Below, piece after piece: positions 55,326 through 64,000 of a DNA stretch of 64,000 bases (its first letter is position 1; the number at the start of each line of letters is the position of its first letter). Where the stretch lies: the NCBI RefSeq assembly GCF_009914755.1, contig NC_060938.1. One strand, written 5' to 3'. Source of the stretch: the human T2T-CHM13v2.0 reference genome, Homo sapiens. The notes under the pieces are model-generated. The model searched no databases and was not told where the DNA came from. It saw only the letters and a program-made list of their open reading frames with translations. The position numbers and the translations under genes are program-made.

Positions 55326-56253
55326 TCAACCTCTCCCACAAGTTAGGGTTAGATGCTGCCCCTGTACACACGTGTATACTCCAGCCCTTTAACACTGGAA
55401 CTGTTCACTAGAGATTGTCTCTCCCCTTTATGAAACAATCTCTGCTCAAAAAGCTTAGTAAGGCTCGAAAATGTTTGCTATGCAAGTCCCAGAGTAAAGA
55501 AAGCTGGGCTACTCCATTCACCACATACCACAGGGCTAGTCAACTACCCTGGGCACTCCTTTTCATCTATAAAACAAAGCACGCGACACAAAGTTTCTTC
55601 TTCCAGCCCCCAGATACTATAATGCTTGGCATAGAACACTCCACGTAGGTATAACCTCAAATCAAATAGGGACGGGAAAGGAAACCAGTTAACTTTCACT
55701 TCCAAGATTGAAGCGGGTGGTCCTGAAACTCTCACCAGCTCAAACCTCCCAGAACCAGAGCTTCCCTGACTTCTCTAAATAGATGTCTTTATAAGCTTGG
55801 GTATTTCTGTTGTCGTCGTTAATAGCCCTTTCCCACGGGTGCAATCCTCCACATTAAGAACATCAAAAGTCTGAACTGTTCCTAGGTCGTAAAGGCTGGA
55901 ACCAAGCCCCAGTCCCAGTAGGGGCCCTTGGCTGCGGGATCTCAGCAAATCCCGTCTCCTCCCGCGCCTCAGTTTCCCCCTCCAGAGCACTGAGCCCTTC
56001 CAGCCACAACACGCGTGAGAAACGAGAAACCTCCACCCCCAGCCCCACCAAGCAGAGGCCACAGGGTTTCCCTTCCCTCGGGATTCACTGTTTCCTGAAA
56101 TTCCCCCTCGCACGGTGAGAAACTGATTACTCAGAAAGGGACGGGAAAAATGAAAATCCCAGCCCTGAGGTCGAGAGCCTGAGAGAGCAGACGGGAGGCC
56201 CTGGCCTCGGGCGTGGGGACTGAACCCGGTTCTGTGCTGGGGCTCGCGGTTAC

Positions 56254-56450
56254 CTGTGGCAGGCGACCGTGGTGGCAGTGGTGGCGGCGGCGGCGGTGAG
56301 TGACCGCGGTGGTGGCGCCGGCGGGACCGTGAGAACTCGCGGCGGCTCGCAGCCTCACACCAAACACCCACGACGTCGGCACTGCTGTGATTGCTGCGGG
56401 CGCCGCCGCTCCTCGCTTAAGGGCCACTGTGCCGCGGTGACTGGTGGAGC
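56254..56450 (-). other. LGMN: LGMN exon 1 (non-coding 5'UTR; TSS approximate)
   Basis: Donor CAG|GTAACC at 56254/56253 inside the CpG island, just downstream of GC-box and CCAAT motifs. Confidence 0.85.
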
Positions 56451-56512
56451 TATGGGGCGTGGCATCTGCCAAAACCAATGGGAGGAGAGGACGAGGCCGG
56501 CGAGCCAAAGGG

Positions 56513-56532
56513 ACTACAAATCCCAGTGTGCA
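56513..56532 (+). promoter_or_regulatory. ZNF143/THAP11 (SBS, M4) motif
   Basis: ACTACAAATCCCAGTGTGCA matches ACTACAnnTCCCAnnnTGC. Confidence 0.75.
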
Positions 56533-56731
56533 TGGGCAGGGGCTTCTGGGCTGGGCGCGGGGGTGGAGGGGCAGTAGTTGCGCACTGAAGTGAGGTGGGG
56601 AATCCGAGGTACTTGAGGTCTGGGGGCGCGGTGATTCCAGAAGCATCTACCGAAAGATCATACCAGCTCTTGGAGCAAACCTGTCCGCACATTGGAGCCA
56701 CTTAGGAAAGCCTCAAAAATACTGATGCCCC

Positions 56732-57252
56732 TGTGAAAATAAAATTGAAAAGCTGTTGGAACCCCCCCACCGAAAAAATATTTTAAGCCTTGAACTGACT
56801 GTAATGTCAGTCACGTATGCTTACAACTTCTATTCCCACATTATATTCTCGCTTTCTTTTATTGAACGATGTCTAGGAAGAATTAAACGGCTTCAGGGAC
56901 AAAAGCTCCTGCCTTGTTAAGTAATGAACCTTGTTATAGATTATAACTTCTTCCCTCTGTTATCCTGTTTTGCTTAGACCAGAGACATAAAACCTATGAT
57001 TATTACACCCTATGTAAAAAATGTTCAATGTTCCCTTCCCAAAAAGAAACCAATAACCAATCAAATTGCTGTACCTGTGTGCCAACCTTGTAGGAATACT
57101 GTTATCCTGCTCAAAATTCCTATCTCTACCTATATAAATGAAACCTTAACTTCCCTATTTTAGAATGCCAAATCCATTCCTTTGGAGTTGGTGTTTCTGG
57201 GTGGTCCATCCTCACACTTTACGCCTAAATAAACTCTTCTTTTAGGTTGACA
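56732..57252 (+). mobile_element. ERV1 (MER4-group-like) solo LTR nested in a MER5A1-like fossil
   Basis: TG...CA termini (ends ttttaggttgaca); CCAAT x2, TATATAAA and AATAAA in LTR order; flanks join into a MER5A1-like sequence. Confidence 0.7.
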
Positions 57253-57853
57253 CCTCCGCCTTACCCCCAGGAATTGTGATTTTGTTGGTTTGTATGTGGT
57301 CTGGGTTTTGGAATCTTTAGAAAGCCTCAGGTGATTTGGACCCGTTTAGTCCCCATAACAACCCTTTGAGAGAGAAAGACAGTTATTGTCACCCAAGCTT
57401 TACAGATAGGGCAACTGAGGGAGGTTAAGTCAGGGAGGTTAAGTTAATTTTGCAAAGGTCACATATGTCTTAAGTGTCAGAGCCAGAACTATGACCTAAG
57501 CAGTATGGTTCCAGAATCCCAACCTCTTACTTCCTTCACAATGCTACTTCTCAAATGTTTGGTGGCATTGCCTCCCAAGAAACTTGAGAGAAAAACAAAC
57601 TACGATCCATTCGAGTGCCATGTAGTGAGGCTCAGTCAATTGAGTTAAATGGAATTAATGTGATGTAGTATGTGCACTCCTGCTCAAGGACATTCCAGCA
57701 CAAGAGTTCGGGCTACCTTCATGGGTTGTCTCATGTGGTCTTCTTCTACAATCTTTTTTTTACAGTAAGTTATAGATCAGCACACTGCTGTCACCTATTT
57801 TTGTAAATAAAAGCTTATAAGAACACAGCCACACCCATTGACTTAGGTATTAT

Positions 57854-58884
<1,031 letters not shown>

Positions 58885-59294
58885 TTATCTCTGGCTATTT
58901 TTACAAATAACACAGAGTTGAGTATTAATAGCTATGTGAGAAGCCTTATGGCCCACAAAGCTGAAAATGTCTGCTGTCTGACTCTTCACACAAGGGAAGT
59001 TGCCAAGCCCTGGGTTAAGTACATGGTCCAGCATCATAGCTTCAAAGTGACCTTGGGCTTCAAGCCCAGGTCTGCCCAAGTCCTTTGCCAACTCTCATGA
59101 GTGCTATGCTTTCGCAGTCTTCTGCAATGGGGAGCATCAGGAGTTCATTCATCTGTTTATTCCACAGCACATTTAGTAGGTGCACGTTTTATGCCAGGTG
59201 CAGCTGAGCATTGAGATGAAAAGGAGTTTGTTCCTTCCCCTCAGGAATTCACTGTCTAGGAAGTGAGGCAGAGTGTGTCCTTAACCAATCCCTA

Positions 59295-59501
<207 letters not shown>

Positions 59502-60956
59502 TCAGCCGCATGTGATGGTGCACGCCTGTAGTCCCAACTAATTAGGAGGCTGAGGCAGGAACATTACTTGAGCCTGGGAGCTAGAGGCTACAGTGAGCTA
59601 TGATCGTACTACTGCACTCCAGCCTGGGCAACGGTGAGACCATGTCTCTAAATAAAAACAGTAGCCTGATGCCTGGCATGTTTAAGCAAACACAGGACAA
59701 GAGATAACCCTCTTGGTCCCCCTCAGCAACAGTGTGGGCTGAGAGCTCAAAGTGTGAACAAGACAGGGTGGCTGCAAGTTGTGGGCTAATGGGAGGGGTT
59801 ACTGGAGGTTGCCACGGTGATGGTGCAGGCTAGCCCCAAAAGAGGCTTAGGCCAGCAGCAGGGAGGAGGCTGAGATGAGAGAGGCCTGGAGTAGGGGTCG
59901 GGTGCATATGTTGAGCTCTGCAATCAAGGTACCTGGATTCAAATCCCAACTCTACCACTTACAAGCTGTGTGAGCTGAGCAAGTTACTTAGTTTCTCAGC
60001 GCCTGGTTTTTCCCAAGTGTAAAATGGAAAAAACAATACCTACTTCATAAGGTCTCTCTGTGGATTAAATTTGTTCACGCAGTGCTTAGACCAAGTCAGT
60101 GCCCCATACTCATTAGCTACTCCCTGGGTTCAGAGGATCCCTTTGGCTGCTGGGTTGTAACTTGAGAATTCCACTGAGGAAAACAAGGCAGGAATCTGTG
60201 GCCTTGGGAAGTGCCCGTGCTCCTGTTTCTGCTCATGGGATGACAGTACAGTGTAGAAAGTGCTGAGCTCACAGGAAACACCAGGAGCAGAGGTGGGCAC
60301 TGAAATAGCCCTGGGTGGCAGGAAGGGGGAGGTGGCAGGAAGGTGGCAGGTTCCCTGTGTTTAGATAGGCATGAGGACCTCTCCATCAAATGCCCCCAGC
60401 AGAATTCTCACAAGAAAAGTCATGTCTGGGACTTTTGCTACCATATCATGCAACCAGAGGTTAGTGAGACTGGTGCCAGGTATGAATAAGTGACATCATG
60501 AGAATGTGGCAGATAACTGATCAGCAGAGACAATAGCACCAAGGAGTAATTTCAGAATAAGAATCTTTTAAAAAAATCTAATAATGAGGCTGGGCTCGGT
60601 GGCTCACACCTGTAATCTCAGCACTTTGGGAGGCTGAGGTGGCAGATCACCTGAGGTCAGGAGTTCAAGACCAGCCTGACCAACATGGTGAAATCCCGTC
60701 TCTACTAAAAATACAAAAAATTAGCCACGCGTGGTGGCGCGTGCCTGTAATCCCAGCTACTAGGGAGGCTGAGGCAGGAGAATTGCTTGAACCCAGGAGG
60801 CAGAAGTTGCAATGAGCTGAATCACACCACTGCACTCTAGCCTGTCTCAAAAAAGAAAAATCTAATAATGGGAGATTGAGAGGTTAAGATTATAAAGCAA
60901 CAACAATTGGAGAGTGTGAAATGTATTGGTTAGGTTTAGAGAAGAGTTTCTCTACC

Positions 60957-61365
60957 TGATATGGTTTGGATCTGTGTCCCCACCAAATCTCATGTTGAAT
61001 TGTAATCCCCAAGGTTGGAGGTAGGGCCTGGTGGGAGGTGACTGAATCATAGGGATGGTTTCTCATGAATGGTTTAGCACCATCTTCCTTGGTACTGTTC
61101 TGGAGATAGTAAGTTCTCCCGAGGTCAGATCATTTAAAAGTGCATGGCACCTCCCTGCTCTCTCTCTTCCTCCTGCGTCAGCCATGTGAAGTGCTGGTTC
61201 CCCCTTTGCCTTCCGCCATGATTGGGAGCTTCCTGAGGAATCCCCAGAAGCAGAAGTCAATGTGTTTCCTGTACAGCTTGCAGAACCGTGAGCCAATTAA
61301 ACCTCTTTTATTTATAAATTACCCAGTCTCGGGTATTTCTTTATGGCAGTGTGAGAACTAATACA
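60957..61365 (+). mobile_element. MSTA (MaLR) solo LTR
   Basis: tgatatggtttggatctgtgtcccc ... aactaataca; exact 5-bp TSD CTACC. Confidence 0.9.
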
Positions 61366-61369
61366 CTAC

Positions 61370-61643
61370 CTCAGCACTATGGACATTTGGGAGTGGGTAA
61401 TTCTTTGCTTTTGTTTTTGTGGGTTTCTGTTTGGTTTGGTTTTGGGGGGTGTTGATTCTTGGTTGTCGGGGGAGCTGTACTGTGTATTGCAGAGTGTTTA
61501 GTAGCATCCCTGGCCTCTGCCCACCTGACGATACTAGCATCCCTCCTCCGAGTTGTTAGAACCAAAAATGCCTTCAGACAGTCCCAAAAATACCCTGGAG
61601 GTGGGCAAAATGTGCGCCACACCCCCCATGTTGAGAACCACTG
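61370..61643 (-). mobile_element. MER20
   Basis: ccttcagacagtcccaaaaataccctggagg ... gttgagaaccactg. Confidence 0.7.
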
Positions 61644-61832
61644 GTTTCTAGAGGGAGTTAACATATTCATTCATTCATTTCACTTGATGTAATGATTAGA
61701 GGTGAGGGCTCTGGGCTGGGCGCGGTGGCTCACGCCTGTAATCCCAGCACTTTGGAAGGCTGAGGTGGGCAGATCACTTGAGCTCAGGATCAAGACCAGC
61801 CTGGGCAACATGGTGAAACCCCATCTTTACTA

Positions 61833-62012
<180 letters not shown>

Positions 62013-63332
62013 TTAAAAAATAAAGGTGTGGGCTCTGGATCCAGATTGCGTGGGTTTATATTCCAGCTCTGGCAATTACTGACTGTGTTACCTTGGACAA
62101 TTATTATACCTGTCTATGCTTCAGGTTCTTCATTTATAAAATAGGAAATCATAGTTACAGTGCTCTATTTCATTGGGTTGTTGCAAATATGAAATGAGTT
62201 AGTATATGTAAAAAAAAAAAAAAAACCTAAGAACAGGGTCTAACCATGTGTCAGCTGCTTACCAAGTGCATAAGTATCAGCCACTCGCCTGCTCTCTCAG
62301 GGTTGCCACAGTCAATTCTCCCCACCATAGATGGAGTCAAATGTGAATATTTCAATTGAAGTATAAAATATAGGGGAAAATGCTCAAACTATAAATGCAT
62401 GGCTCAATAAATAAAATTTCAGAAAATGAAACACCCAGATAATCAACACTCAGAAAATTGAGCCTAGGAGCACTCCAGAAGTTTCCCTTGGGCCTCCTTC
62501 AGGGGATTTTTTTTTTTAACTTCTCCTGTGTATTTAATTATGCTGTTTCCTCTGGTCCCCGGCTCCCTTTTTTAAAAAATTCTGACCAAGCACTATTTAT
62601 TCTTTATTAAAAATTTTCTTTTTAAGTTTTTTAATTGTAGTAAATGCATATATAACATAAAATATGTAATTTTAATAATTTTTAAGTGTGTAGTTCAGTG
62701 GCATTAATTAAATCCACATTGTTGTGCAGCCATCACCACTGTTTCTAAAAGTTTTCATCATAATTCCAGCTTATTTGTTCCATCCTTCCTAAAATAAGAT
62801 CCTGCCCAGTTAATATCACCTGATTTCTGCTTAGCCCCATGACCTCATTTACTGCTACCTCACCTGCTCCACTCCAGCCACAATGGCCTTCTTGTCTTTG
62901 TATTTGCAGTTTCCAGTTCCTAGAATGCCTTTCCCCTTCCAGTTGCACAGCTGGCTTCTATCCAAATGGCACATCCCTCTTAGGCTGTCCTGAGCCATGG
63001 ACCTAAAACAGCTACAAACCTCCATCACGCTTCAGCCTTCAACCTTGCTTTACTACCTGACTATGTACACTTGCTTGTTTATTTCCTGGCTCACCACTAA
63101 AATTTAAACTGTTTAAAAACAGGGGCCCAGCCTATCTTATTTATTTTTATACCCCCAATGCTCAAAATAATACCTGTCATATAGTCAGTGCCCAGTGAAT
63201 ATATGTCAACTCAATTCCATGCTATGATGAATGGAAGGGAAGTATGCTGTGCTCCTCTGCACAGAAGAGACACCATTTCCTCCTCATTGTTTTTTAAGGA
63301 TTTCCAGTCAATCAATACACATTAATTAACTC

Positions 63333-63742
63333 TGTGGTAGGCAGTATTCTAAGTGTGGCCCCAATAACACTCATCTATGCATAATCTCCTCCCCTTTGAG
63401 AATGGGTGAAACCTCAGAATATGATGACATCTCACTCTGGTGATTATGTCATGTTTTGGCAAAAGAGAGATTATCGGGGCAGGCAGGCCTACTCTAATCA
63501 CATGAGTTCCTTAAAGCTGAGAGTTTTCTCTTGCTGGTAGTAGAGAGGTTCACTGGTGGTTTGAAGTTACAGGGGTCACGGGCATATTGGCCGCCCTAAG
63601 GAGCTAAGAGAGCCCCTGACTGACAGCCAGCAAGGAAATGGGGCCCTCAGCTTTACAATGGCAGGGAATGGAATTCAGCCAACAACCTGAAGGAGCCTGG
63701 AAGTGGATTCTTCCCCAGAGCCTCCAGAGAAGAGCCCAGAAT
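63333..63742 (+). mobile_element. MLT1-type LTR fragment
   Basis: tgtggtaggcagtattctaag ... gccaacaacctgaaggagcctggaagtggattcttccccagagcctccaga. Confidence 0.75.
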
Positions 63743-64000
63743 GGTGTCAAAGAAATCATTTTTCAATGATACTTGTTAAAACAAAGTAAAGAAGACTTTA
63801 TTCAGGACCCTCGAGATACAGGGACTGCTGCAATGGGATTTTGCAGTAGGAAAGAAAGAGATTGGACTCAACTCCAAATACAGCAAGTAGGACTCTACAG
63901 CTGTCCTTAGTCTGTTTTCTGTTGCTATGACAGAATACCTGGCCAGGTACGGTGGCTCATGCCTGTAATCCCAGCACTTTGGGAGGCCAAGGCAGGTGGA

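Larger units (their letters stand above)
55930..56640. promoter_or_regulatory. CpG island / LGMN promoter
   Basis: Dense CpG and high GC around exon 1; GC-box GGGGCGTGGC 56454-56463; CCAAT 56475-56479; no TATA box seen. Confidence 0.9.

Noticed and set aside
55775-56701. Long ORFs across the CpG island (up to 198 aa)
   Set aside because: Stop-codon scarcity in GC-rich DNA, mostly non-ATG starts, no recognisable protein

Overview
Human (primate) genomic DNA containing the complete legumain gene LGMN (asparaginyl endopeptidase, peptidase family C13) on the minus strand. It has a non-coding exon 1 in a CpG island (~56254-56450), 13 coding exons from 40551 down to 12114, and a poly(A) signal at 11624-11629. 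Splicing the exons by hand at GT..AG junctions gives an intact 1302-nt CDS (433 aa + TGA), including His148, Cys189, the RGD motif and the Asn323 autoactivation site. The rest is intronic or intergenic and very repeat-rich: roughly 55 Alus, L1 fragments, solo LTRs (LTR40, MER74, MLT1, MER41, MER50, MER31, LTR12, MSTA) and DNA-transposon fossils. Repeat family names come from recalled consensus sequences and need RepeatMasker/Dfam confirmation. I found no evidence for a new multi-gene system, and nearly all ORF-track entries are Alu or low-complexity artefacts. The most notable local features are a ~285-bp CCA/CCG compound repeat in intron 2 that is complementary to exon 1, a ~31-bp micro-inversion of an Alu tail inside an LTR12, p53 half-sites in an intron-1 LTR, a candidate Alu-derived 5'UTR exon, and two divergently oriented LTR promoters just upstream of the TSS.
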